From the IMG/VR virus record IMGVR_UViG_2522572160_000003: a DNA stretch of 64,000 bases; one strand, given 5' to 3'. Positions 19,535-28,061 of the stretch are shown here, in pieces. Each line of letters begins with the position of its first letter. The stretch's first letter is position 1. The stretch is from a virus (taxonomy: Duplodnaviria; Caudoviricetes). A program made the position numbers and the translations under genes. The notes beneath the pieces are model-generated. The model had not been told where the DNA came from and made no database searches. It saw only the letters and a list, made by a program, of their open reading frames with translations.

Positions 19535-20332
19535 ATGGATATAAAAGAGTTGAGGAAACAGCCGCATTTATCCGCATCCGGCGTCAACGCCTATGTGGAA
19601 TGCGGGCTCCAATACAAGTTCTCCCGTGTGGATCATCTCATCCCGGAATTTCGAACCGACGTGCTCGAGTTCGGATCATGCATTCACAAAGCCCTGGCTG
19701 ACTTCAACCAGGAGCGGATGCAAGGCAAAACGCCTGGCATCAAGGATTTGGAAGAATCCTTTGAGGAGCATTGGAATTGCATCGGCGAAAACGTGCAATA
19801 CGCCAAAGGCCGCAGTTTTGAAGATATGCTTGAGGAAGGCAAAGACCTGCTTCAGGCATCCTACGGCCACCTTATAGAAGATCCGTTCCAAATCATCGCC
19901 ATCGAAGAGCCTTTCGTGTTCCAGATGGACGGACTGCCGGTCCCATTGATCGGAGTCATGGACCTGGTTTGCGAAGACGCGGACGGGACCATCATCATCA
20001 TCGACTACAAAACCACCAGCCGCGCCTATAGCGGGCGCGAAGCCAACGGCAACTTCCAACTCACCGTCTATCACATGGCCGCCAAGGCCAACGGATACGC
20101 CGGCAGGGAAATCCTGCTCAGGCTGGACTGTCTGGTAAAGACCCGGACGCCGAAATTTGAACAACACTACACCACCCGCACTCGTAAAGACGAGAGCCGG
20201 GTGCTCCGGAAGATCCAGACGGTCTGGCAAGGAATCCAGGCCGGAATATTCGTACCCAACGACGCAAGCTGGAAATGCAACAACTGCGCTTACAAGCAGG
20301 CGTGCAATCAATGGCTTGAAGGAGGTGAATGA
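19535..20332 (+). CDS. PD-(D/E)XK nuclease, AddB/Cas4-like with Fe-S cysteines
   Basis: HLSAS...C, FGSCIH, IEEPF, GVMDLV, IIDYKT, QL.VY, CNNCAYKQAC. Confidence 0.85.
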   Translation: MDIKELRKQPHLSASGVNAYVECGLQYKFSRVDHLIPEFRTDVLEFGSCIHKALADFNQERMQGKTPGIKDLEESFEEHWNCIGENVQYAKGRSFEDMLEEGKDLLQASYGHLIEDPFQIIAIEEPFVFQMDGLPVPLIGVMDLVCEDADGTIIIIDYKTTSRAYSGREANGNFQLTVYHMAAKANGYAGREILLRLDCLVKTRTPKFEQHYTTRTRKDESRVLRKIQTVWQGIQAGIFVPNDASWKCNNCAYKQACNQWLEGGE

Positions 20333-20607
20333 TGACCAACCAAACCGCAAACGCAGCCCAGGAATTCCTGACCGTAAACCATGGCGATCGCCAGCATCAG
20401 ATCGTCAACATCGAACTCATGATGCGCAGGCATCAGCCTGAAGAGGTGGTGGACTTCCTGGTCCGCCTCTCCCTCCAATACAAGAAGACATTGGCCCGCA
20501 GTATCCGAAGGGATCGCTCCGACCCGTTCATCAACGAACTGGTGGCAAGGCGCTTTAGAATCCGCATGGCTATCAATACCATCCGAAAGGAGGTGCGAGC
20601 CGCATGA
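20329..20607 (+). CDS. Hypothetical protein
   Basis: Overlaps both neighbours by 4 bp; GGAGGTG RBS. Confidence 0.6.
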   Translation: MMTNQTANAAQEFLTVNHGDRQHQIVNIELMMRRHQPEEVVDFLVRLSLQYKKTLARSIRRDRSDPFINELVARRFRIRMAINTIRKEVRAA

Positions 20608-22433
20608 TTCAATTAAATCCCAAACAAAAGCAGGCCGCCGAATTTGTCTCCGGCATAGCCGCCGTAGTGGCTGTCCCGGGCTCCGGCAAGACGCTCACCA
20701 TGACAACCCGGATCGGCAATCTGGTCCTGCGTCATGGAGTGGCTCCGGAAAGCATCCTGGGGCTGACCTTCACCCGCAACGCCGCCCAGGCCATGCGGGA
20801 AAAATTAAAGCCCATTCTGGAAGATCGCGCATCCCGCGTGACCTTATCAACCATCCATGCATTCTGCCACAACCTGCTCAGGCAGGAAGGCAGAATCTTC
20901 GAGGTGCTTCACGGCAAGGAACAGATGATCCTCTTGAGAAAAATCATGTCCAAGGCCAAGGTGAAAAACCTGCCCACCGGCATGATCCTTCGGGAGATCA
21001 GCCTGGCTAAAAGCAACCTCGTGAGCGTGGAAGAGTTCGGAGCGCTGTACGAAGGCGACGAGACCATGCAGTCCATCGCCAAGGTATACGCCGCCTACGA
21101 TCTTGAAAAGCAAAAGAAAGGCATACTGGACTTTGACGACCTGTTGACCGAAACCTACCGATTGCTGGAGTCGGACATCGACGTTCTGGAAAAGCATCGA
21201 TCCTCCTACAAGCATGTCTTGGTGGACGAGTTCCAGGACACCAATCCGGCCCAGATGGCGATCCTCAGGCAACTCGTCGGCAAAAAGAACGGAGGCAGCT
21301 TCTGGGTATGCGGAGACGACTGGCAGAGCATCTATGCGTTCACCGGAGCGTCTGTGGGGAACATCCTGAACTTTGACAAGGCCTTCCCCAAGGCCTCCAG
21401 GTACGTGCTTAACACCAACTACCGCTCCACGCCCCAGATCCTGCAAGCCTGCCAAACCCTCATCAACCACAACATCCGAAAAATCGACAAAGCCCTGGCC
21501 ACCAACAACAAAGCCGGGGACGGGGTGATTGTGCTGACCTCAGTCAACGAGGAAAACGAAGCAACCCAGGTCGTGAACGAAATCCGCGATCTGGTGGATC
21601 AGCGCAATTACGCGCTCAAGGACATAGCCGTCCTCTACCGGGCTAACTTTCAATCCCGGGCCATTGAGGAGGCGTTTTCCCAGAACAAGATCCCGTACCA
21701 CATCGAAAAAGGGCACAACTTCTTCCAGAGGTTTGAGGTCAAGGTCTTGCTGGATTATCTCCGGCTGATCAAAGATCCCGATTCGGAAGAAGGAGACGAG
21801 GCCTTGCGCCAGGTTCTGAACGTGCCCAACCGGTACATCGGCAGAAAATTCATGGCCGACCTGGAGGAGCATTCAGGCAAGAAAGGCGTGCGCATGTACG
21901 AAGGATTGACCACCATGCGCGTCAGCCCGCCCTATCTGCGAAAAAACGTAGCCGAGTTCCTGGACATCGTGGACCCGCTGGTCGGCTCCAAGCTGGAGCC
22001 TCACGAGATCCTCATGATGTTGCGGGAATCTCTCGATTACGACCAGTTTATAGCAGAGGACGACGTTCCCAGCCCGGACGATTCCAAGCTGGCCAACGTG
22101 AATCAGTTGCAACTGGTGGCAAGCCGGTATCAGGATATCGGCTCGTTGCTGAACTATGCAGACACCTTCAAGGACGAATTGACCAACGACAAGGACGGCG
22201 TGGCTCTCATGACCATCCATAAATCCAAAGGGCTTGAGTTCCCTGCGGTATTCGTCATCGGCATGGTGGAGGGCATCCTCCCCAACCGAAACGGCGATAT
22301 CGAGGAGGAAAGAAGAATCGCCTTTGTCAGCATGTCCCGAGCCATGCGCCAGCTCTACCTGAGTTGGTCCCAGCATAGCTCCGGCCGGCCTGTCAAACGA
22401 TCATCCTTTATAGAAGAAGCTCTTGGCGAGTAA
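20604..22433 (+). CDS. UvrD/PcrA-family SF1 helicase
   Basis: PGSGKT, LTFT, VDEFQDT, GDDWQSIY, NYRST, MTIHKSKGLEF, EEERR..FV..SRA. Confidence 0.92.
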   Translation: MIQLNPKQKQAAEFVSGIAAVVAVPGSGKTLTMTTRIGNLVLRHGVAPESILGLTFTRNAAQAMREKLKPILEDRASRVTLSTIHAFCHNLLRQEGRIFEVLHGKEQMILLRKIMSKAKVKNLPTGMILREISLAKSNLVSVEEFGALYEGDETMQSIAKVYAAYDLEKQKKGILDFDDLLTETYRLLESDIDVLEKHRSSYKHVLVDEFQDTNPAQMAILRQLVGKKNGGSFWVCGDDWQSIYAFTGASVGNILNFDKAFPKASRYVLNTNYRSTPQILQACQTLINHNIRKIDKALATNNKAGDGVIVLTSVNEENEATQVVNEIRDLVDQRNYALKDIAVLYRANFQSRAIEEAFSQNKIPYHIEKGHNFFQRFEVKVLLDYLRLIKDPDSEEGDEALRQVLNVPNRYIGRKFMADLEEHSGKKGVRMYEGLTTMRVSPPYLRKNVAEFLDIVDPLVGSKLEPHEILMMLRESLDYDQFIAEDDVPSPDDSKLANVNQLQLVASRYQDIGSLLNYADTFKDELTNDKDGVALMTIHKSKGLEFPAVFVIGMVEGILPNRNGDIEEERRIAFVSMSRAMRQLYLSWSQHSSGRPVKRSSFIEEALGE

Positions 22434-22445
22434 TCCATCTAACCA

Positions 22446-22472
22446 GTGCCCGTTCCAAACGGAGCGGGCACT
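22446..22472. terminator. Hairpin between the convergent helicase and peptide genes
   Basis: AGTGCCCGTTC...GAGCGGGCACT inverted repeat. Confidence 0.55.
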
Positions 22473-22597
22473 CCAATAACCCTCTATTTTTTTGTAGATT
22501 TCATCACCCAAGGAGATAATTTTACCTATACAGTATACCCTTCCTGCAAGAGATTTTAATCTCCCAAAAACTCACATTAACCTTCATATGAAGGTGC

Positions 22598-22810
22598 TCA
22601 ATGAGCAGAACACACCACCCAAGGAGAATTCGGTCTGCAATTCTCGCCAGCAGGTTCCGATGTATCTGAGAATCTACTATGATAATCCACATAAGGCCTG
22701 CCGGACTCTTTAATACAGGCGTCATAGATCACATAGCCGATTCCAACTACAACAAGAATTCCCAAAGAAGTCGACGCTAAACTTGCCAATAACGCAAGTC
22801 CTTTAAACAT
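22598..22810 (-). CDS. Small (70 aa) peptide with hydrophobic N-terminus
   Basis: GAGGTG RBS 6 nt before the ATG; ~29-aa hydrophobic N-terminus then polar tail; 45 bp downstream of the HTH-TPR gene. Confidence 0.6.
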   Translation of the reverse strand: MFKGLALLASLASTSLGILVVVGIGYVIYDACIKESGRPYVDYHSRFSDTSEPAGENCRPNSPWVVCSAH

Positions 22811-22855
22811 TAGAACACCTCATCTATTTGTTATGACTCAAGGTTAAGAAAAAAC

Positions 22856-23944
22856 CTAACTACTCTCATCCGAATTATTAGTCATTAAATCCAGGGTTTT
22901 ATCAGGATTCCAGTAATCCTCGAAATCTTCATCCCATAGATAAAAATCTGGATACAGTTCTACCTCATAATTCGTTTTTATTGCAACCTCTTGATCTATC
23001 ACATAAAAGCATCCAATGTCGCCAACTAATTCCTTCACTTTCTCTTCATCAGCTTTTGCCTTTTCCGTTTCAGCCATAATTAGGTAAGTATTTTTTCTAC
23101 CAATATACGCAAGTTCAAACGTCATGTCAGCATCTATGGCTATGGAGTAATATTTTATCGCATCGGAATATTTCCGTATTCTTCCAAACAGTGCCGCAAT
23201 AAAATATGGAGGAACCGGGTCGTCAGGAGATATTTCCATAGCCCTTTCAAAATGTCTTAAAGCATGTTTCCAAGCATCTTGCTTTTTTTCGAGAAACTTA
23301 AATCCTAACAACATATGGGATATCTTATCAAAATGAGTTTTTGGAACCTGAAACTTTTTTAAGTATTTTAGCATTCTTCCGTTTGCATTCCCTCGCGTCA
23401 TGTACTCATAGAAAACTCTTCCGCGTAGTGAATTGAGGGCTTGCTCTATTTGTTCTTCACCCGACTTAGATTGAGTAGATTTTTCTAACAACATCAATAG
23501 TTTTTGTATCTCCTCAAGGATGTTTTCAGAGACATCTTTTGTATCTAACACTTGTTTGGCTATTTTGTTGACAATTCCATAACGCCTGATCTCACCTTCT
23601 TTGTCCGCGGGCATGATGCCCTTGTTCAAGTGCTCAAACAGCCCTTTATTTTGCTCAATTTCAATTTTAAAATCTTTTTCCGATACTGCTTTTTTTAGCC
23701 ATTCTTCGGGGATCCCAAAATCATTGATTAAAATCTGAATTTTCTCATCTGTAAATTTTCGACGTCCGTTTTCCAGACCTTCCAGATACTTGGGGCTAGT
23801 TGTTAGCTTTTGCCATAGCGGTTCCTGTACAGCCTCGCGGCGGGAGGTGTAATTGCACTCTTCTCTGATAATTCGTAACTTGGCTCCTAAAAGAGCCCAC
23901 TCTTTTGGGTCCGATGGACCTGGCATCGGTGTTCTAGGCATCAT
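22856..23944 (-). CDS. XRE-type HTH plus C-terminal TPR regulator
   Basis: GAKLRIIREE...YLEGLENGRRK (XRE HTH); TPRs ALRHFERAMEISPDD and AIKYYSIAIDAD..AYIGR. Confidence 0.75.
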   Translation of the reverse strand: MMPRTPMPGPSDPKEWALLGAKLRIIREECNYTSRREAVQEPLWQKLTTSPKYLEGLENGRRKFTDEKIQILINDFGIPEEWLKKAVSEKDFKIEIEQNKGLFEHLNKGIMPADKEGEIRRYGIVNKIAKQVLDTKDVSENILEEIQKLLMLLEKSTQSKSGEEQIEQALNSLRGRVFYEYMTRGNANGRMLKYLKKFQVPKTHFDKISHMLLGFKFLEKKQDAWKHALRHFERAMEISPDDPVPPYFIAALFGRIRKYSDAIKYYSIAIDADMTFELAYIGRKNTYLIMAETEKAKADEEKVKELVGDIGCFYVIDQEVAIKTNYEVELYPDFYLWDEDFEDYWNPDKTLDLMTNNSDESS

Positions 23945-23964
23945 CCATCCAAAAAATGATTAGG

Positions 23965-23998
23965 GTAGCATTAAGGTTCTAAAGTAGCATTTAAGTTC
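23965..23998. promoter_or_regulatory. Tandem candidate operator repeats in the divergent promoter region
   Basis: GTAGCATTAAGGTTC (23965-79) and GTAGCATTTAAGTTC (23984-98). Confidence 0.4.
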
Positions 23999-24121
23999 CT
24001 TGCTCTAATATCGGGTACGACTGTATACAAATCAACAATAGGTGTCTTGATTAAGACCCATTCCATCTGCCCCCTTATGCAACGGAGAGGCAACGATTTA
24101 GGATAACAGGAGGACTATATC

Positions 24122-24430
24122 ATGTCAAAGTCGAAAAATGCACACTGCCATAAAGGTTCTATTAAAAGGAACCCTATGCCCAGTAAAGGTGAACAAGTTG
24201 TTGAGCAAATAGCTCAGAGTTCTTTCCCTATTGTCGAAATCTTAGGATTTGGAAAAAGTTACCCGACGATATGGAAAAAGCGTAAGCGATCAGCGGAAAC
24301 CGCCATCATTAACGCCATTGATAAGAGCAGGAAAAATGGCGAACACACTCCGCTCTTCCTTGAACACAGACACAAACGAAAAAGACGCCGTGGACCTAAA
24401 TGCACAGTTTGGCGAAAGACTGACGCCTAA
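24122..24430 (+). CDS. Small basic hypothetical protein
   Basis: AGGAGG RBS; first gene divergent from the regulator. Confidence 0.5.
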   Translation: MSKSKNAHCHKGSIKRNPMPSKGEQVVEQIAQSSFPIVEILGFGKSYPTIWKKRKRSAETAIINAIDKSRKNGEHTPLFLEHRHKRKRRRGPKCTVWRKTDA

Positions 24431-24535
24431 CGATGGAGAGGCCCCACTTGTACGACCATTCATAGTAACTGCGTTACCCGCATAAAGACCCGTTCAACTA
24501 CAGACACGAAGAAAACTTATCAAGGTTTCATTTTT

Positions 24536-24730
24536 ATGGAGGTGTGTATGAAGAATTTAGTGAATTACTGTTTAGCTGCCCCAAACTACATCGATGTGAT
24601 GGAACTTCCGTCTATGGAAAAAATTCCAAGGCGTAATTACTCCTTGATGTCTGGAAATCAACAAAAGCAGAAAAGGCGGGACATGGCTAAAGACAGAAAA
24701 CGGAAGCCCAAATATAAGAGGCACCCTTAG
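24536..24730 (+). CDS. Small basic hypothetical protein
   Basis: GGAGG before the second ATG; K/R-rich tail. Confidence 0.35.
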   Translation: MEVCMKNLVNYCLAAPNYIDVMELPSMEKIPRRNYSLMSGNQQKQKRRDMAKDRKRKPKYKRHP

Positions 24731-24857
24731 CGCAATTAGAAGCGGAATTGGTGCGAAACTACCAATCCCTAAAAACAGGATATGCAACATCTACAACCCG
24801 TGCGGCGAACAAAGCGTTCGTCCCACGGGTTTTCAATTTATAAGAGCCCATATCGTC

Positions 24858-25181
24858 GTGTCAGGCGTTCCGAAAGGCAGCAAGGAGGTGCAATTGGAAG
24901 AGTTACTGACAGTTAGACAACTGGCAAAGCTAACAGGATACGCAGAGCAAACCGTATACAACAAGGTGTCTAAAGGCGAGTTTATTCTCGGCCGCCATTA
25001 TTACAAACCCACGCGGAAGAAAGTCCTTTTTATAAGAGCAGCCATTCAGGAATGGCTTATCAATGGCAGTACCCATAAAGCACCTGGCCCCAAAAAGGAA
25101 TCTGAACAAAGCAAACAAACTGTCGAGGGAACAAAATCGTCCCCCAGAGTTATCCCGCATCAAAGGCGCATCAAGATTTAA
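24858..25181 (+). CDS. Excisionase/recombination directionality factor (AlpA/HTH_17-like)
   Basis: LLTVRQLAKLTGYAEQTVYN...KVLF..AAIQEW; directly upstream of the integrase. True start probably ~24888-24894 after AAGGAGG. Confidence 0.75.
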   Translation: MSGVPKGSKEVQLEELLTVRQLAKLTGYAEQTVYNKVSKGEFILGRHYYKPTRKKVLFIRAAIQEWLINGSTHKAPGPKKESEQSKQTVEGTKSSPRVIPHQRRIKI

Positions 25182-25276
25182 CCCAAAGAACTTCCGACGG
25201 TGATTTCAGCGGCAAGTTCTGGTATAATAGCATGGTGAAATCAGCGAAAGGAGGTGGCATGTGAAAGGATGACTTA

Positions 25277-26599
25277 ATGAGAGAACTACACACGAATTCA
25301 GCGCAGGTTCTCAGGTTTCCGATAGCGGAAACGCCGAAGCCTAAGAGGTCGGCTCGCAAAGCCGGATTGAACAAGAACAAACAGGGTTCCGTACGAAATG
25401 TCCACGGCAAGGTTTACGCGGATTTCCCATATTTTGGTGAACGTGTTAGGGAAAACTCTGGCTTATCTTGGTCTGAACAAAATGCAAAAATAGTGCGAAA
25501 GCAACTTGACCGCATTATGCTTGCCATCGATGACGGCACATTCCGTTTTGCAGAAGTATTTCCCGAAAGTAAAAAAGCGGAGTATTTCACTAATCTCGAA
25601 ATCAAGCATCTTACCGGTCAGATGACAGCCCACGATTTGTTGATTCGAGACTACGCATGGGAATGGCATCGCCTTAAAGCCTCGACCGGGCGCGTCAGCG
25701 GGAGGACGCTTTTCGAGTATAAGAACTACCTGGAATTGTACATAATCCCTTATTTTGGGGAAATGTCATTCGGGCAACTGAATGCGGTTGTGCTTGAGGA
25801 ATTCGTGGCCTGGGCTAAAGAACGGAAGTTAAAAGGGAAAAATATCTCCAATGCTTCGGTAAACAAGTATTTGATTCCACTTAGGATGATATGCAAACAG
25901 GCTGCCATTAAGTACAACTGGGGAGTACTGTACAATCCGTTCCATGGCTTTAAAAAACTGGAAGAAGGCAGACGCAGAGACCAAGTTGTTCCGCTTTCGC
26001 TCAAGGACATCAGGCAGCTGCTTAAGGTTTTATCCCCTCATTGGCAGCCCTACTTTGAATTCGCTATATGGTCAGGATTGCGCCCAGGCGAGCAGATCGC
26101 CTTGAAGCCCAGTGATATCGACTGGGAAGGCCAGCGGATTTCCATCCGTAGGGCCATCACCAAGGATGCCGATGGAAAGCGTGTCGAGGGTCCTACAAAA
26201 AACAAGTACAGCCGCAGAACCTTCGACCTGACAGAGCCGATGCTTAAGGCGCTTAGAAGGCAAAAAAAGATATGGGAAGTCTTGAATTGCGAGTACTTTT
26301 TTTGTTCGCCAACCGGTTGCCCGATTAGATTGAATAATCTTCGCAACCAAGTATGGCGCCCAGCTTTAAAAAAGGCCAAGTTGGAACCTCGCGCACTCAA
26401 ACAGACCCGGCATACCTTCGCTACAATGGCTATTAGCTGTGGAGAGGATCCAGGATGGATAGCCGACACCATGGGGCATCGCGATTTGGAGATGGTCATC
26501 AAGGTATACACTCGCTTTGTTAAAGACAACCAAGGAACCGACAATGGCTCCCTCATGGTGCAGATGTATCGGCAGTCACTGGAGAGCGAAAATTGGTAA
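25277..26599 (+). CDS. int: Tyrosine integrase with N-terminal arm-binding (DUF3596-like) domain
   Basis: GLRPGE (R), PTKNK (K), KQTRH, MGH and KVY (catalytic Tyr); GTFRFAEVFP.SK arm-domain motif. Confidence 0.9.
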   Translation: MRELHTNSAQVLRFPIAETPKPKRSARKAGLNKNKQGSVRNVHGKVYADFPYFGERVRENSGLSWSEQNAKIVRKQLDRIMLAIDDGTFRFAEVFPESKKAEYFTNLEIKHLTGQMTAHDLLIRDYAWEWHRLKASTGRVSGRTLFEYKNYLELYIIPYFGEMSFGQLNAVVLEEFVAWAKERKLKGKNISNASVNKYLIPLRMICKQAAIKYNWGVLYNPFHGFKKLEEGRRRDQVVPLSLKDIRQLLKVLSPHWQPYFEFAIWSGLRPGEQIALKPSDIDWEGQRISIRRAITKDADGKRVEGPTKNKYSRRTFDLTEPMLKALRRQKKIWEVLNCEYFFCSPTGCPIRLNNLRNQVWRPALKKAKLEPRALKQTRHTFATMAISCGEDPGWIADTMGHRDLEMVIKVYTRFVKDNQGTDNGSLMVQMYRQSLESENW

Positions 26600-26645
26600 C
26601 GCGCGCGAGATTTGGGACTGAATTGCGCTACTTTTGGGACTAAGT
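26594..26645 (+). repeat. Candidate prophage right end: TG terminus with two TTTGGGACT repeats 22 bp apart
   Basis: TGGTAACGCGCGCGAGA-TTTGGGACT (26611) ... TTTGGGACT (26633). Confidence 0.5.
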
Positions 26646-26678
26646 GAAACAGTTTTTAACCCGCTTTTACCATTCATT

Positions 26679-26712
26679 AAACCCCCTTTGAATTGGTTTT
26701 CAAAGGGGGTTT
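26679..26712. terminator. Hairpin downstream of dam
   Basis: AAACCCCCTTTGAA...TTCAAAGGGGGTTT, 14-bp perfect stem. Confidence 0.6.
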
Positions 26713-26743
26713 TCAACTTGGTTGAAGGACGCTTCCAAACCTA

Positions 26744-27502
26744 CTAAAAATTCCTGATCAGCAGCTCTTTGCCGATGGTGGACTGCTTTTGAGACACCGA
26801 ATACTGGAGCGACACAGTCCCGATCTTGAAGGCCTTGAATATATCCCGCATCTCGGGCGCATCATTGATGCTTAGCAGGAACTTGCCCTTGACGCCCGCC
26901 AGGATATCGGCCATTTCGACATAGTCGGGCTTGGTCAGGTTGTGGTTATAGTAGGGCGCCAGGTAGTAGGGCGGGTCCAGATAAAAGAACGTCTGGGGCC
27001 GGTCGTATCGTTTGACGAAGTCCTGCCACGGCAAATGCTCGATCTGAACCCTGGCCAGCCTCAAGTGGACCTCTGACAGTTCTTCTTCAAACCGGATCAG
27101 GTTGATCCTTGGGCGCTGTAATGGTCCGCCTCCGAACGTCCTGGCCCTGACCCTGCCTCCAAAGCAAAGCCGTTGCAGATAATAATACCGGGCGGCCCTC
27201 TGGATCTCCGTGAGCCCGCCCGCATCCTGTTGCCTTTTGTAATCCTCGAACCATTCCCTTGAAGACAACAGCCACTTGAACTGCCTTATAAACTCTTCCA
27301 GGTGGTGTTGCAGTATCCTGTAAAAGGCGATCAGGTCGCTGTCCAGGTCGTTGATGGTTTCATACTTGCTTGGTTCCTTGCGGAATAAAACCCAGGCTGC
27401 CCCGGCGAAGACTTCACAATAGGCGTGATGTTGCGGCATCATGCTGATGATGGTTTGGGATAGTTTGCTTTTGCCTCCAATGTAAGCCAACGGGCTGTTC
27501 AT
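26744..27502 (-). CDS. DNA adenine methyltransferase (D12 class, Dam-like)
   Basis: YIGGKS, EVFAGAA, INDLD and YLDPPY; AGGAGG RBS; occupies the mom position. Confidence 0.92.
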   Translation of the reverse strand: MNSPLAYIGGKSKLSQTIISMMPQHHAYCEVFAGAAWVLFRKEPSKYETINDLDSDLIAFYRILQHHLEEFIRQFKWLLSSREWFEDYKRQQDAGGLTEIQRAARYYYLQRLCFGGRVRARTFGGGPLQRPRINLIRFEEELSEVHLRLARVQIEHLPWQDFVKRYDRPQTFFYLDPPYYLAPYYNHNLTKPDYVEMADILAGVKGKFLLSINDAPEMRDIFKAFKIGTVSLQYSVSQKQSTIGKELLIRNF

Positions 27503-27530
27503 GTGCCCCTCCTTGTGCTATACCCGTATG

Positions 27531-27673
27531 GCCCGCGCGGGCAAACGGGAGTAGCAGCTTTGCTGTGATCCGATGTTCCAGCATCGGGTCGGTGGAGGGG
27601 TTGCCGCCCCTTCGCCTACTCCTAATCAAGCGAGCCCCGCCTACCTTATATATAAGGGGAGGCGGGGTTTTTT
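27531..27673 (+). ncRNA. Putative structured antisense RNA upstream of dam
   Basis: Four-way junction at 27547-27623 with G-U pairs on the + strand; TGnTATACC upstream; terminator hairpin with T6 at 27633-27673. Confidence 0.55.
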
Positions 27674-28061
27674 ACTTTGGGTCCGGCAACTTCACCTTTT
27701 TCACGGCCAGATTCCGTTTGCTCCACCCGTCTTTGAGCTTTTCAAAGGCTTCGGGTGTGTAAAGCCGGTAATTATAGACTTCCCACGAGCCTTCATAGAC
27801 GTATCCGGCGCGGAATTGCAGCGGGATATATTTGCCGCCACGCACAACAACGGCTTGGCAATGGCGGCGGCCGTCCTTGTCGTAGCCGTCCGCGATCATC
27901 ACGGTTTCGCCCGTCGCATAGTTGACAACATCGGCGTTGCGCGGGGCCTCATTCCGGCACCATGTTTTATAAATCCTGGTGGAGCCGCATCCGCCCCACA
28001 TCATGCAGCCGATTGCCACGGCCAGGATGATCGCCATGGCTTCGAGGGTCCGGTTCTTCAT
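27672..28061 (-). CDS. Putative lipoprotein
   Basis: GGAGG RBS; hydrophobic leader ending WGG-C. Confidence 0.5.
   Translation of the reverse strand: MKNRTLEAMAIILAVAIGCMMWGGCGSTRIYKTWCRNEAPRNADVVNYATGETVMIADGYDKDGRRHCQAVVVRGGKYIPLQFRAGYVYEGSWEVYNYRLYTPEAFEKLKDGWSKRNLAVKKVKLPDPK

Larger units (their letters stand above)
15297..26599. mobile_element. Integrase-proximal part of an integrative element/genomic island (likely extends left to include 1-15,000)
   Basis: xis plus tyrosine integrase at the right end, divergent HTH regulator, and a GC-rich DNA-processing cassette with sharp compositional borders. Confidence 0.65.

Noticed and set aside
19535-20332. Cas4 / CRISPR adaptation gene
   Set aside because: No cas1/cas2 or array; context is ssb, annealase and helicase.
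27547-27623. tRNA gene
   Set aside because: Cloverleaf-like, but arm lengths and loops do not fit; no T-loop GTTCRA, 7-nt anticodon loop or CCA.
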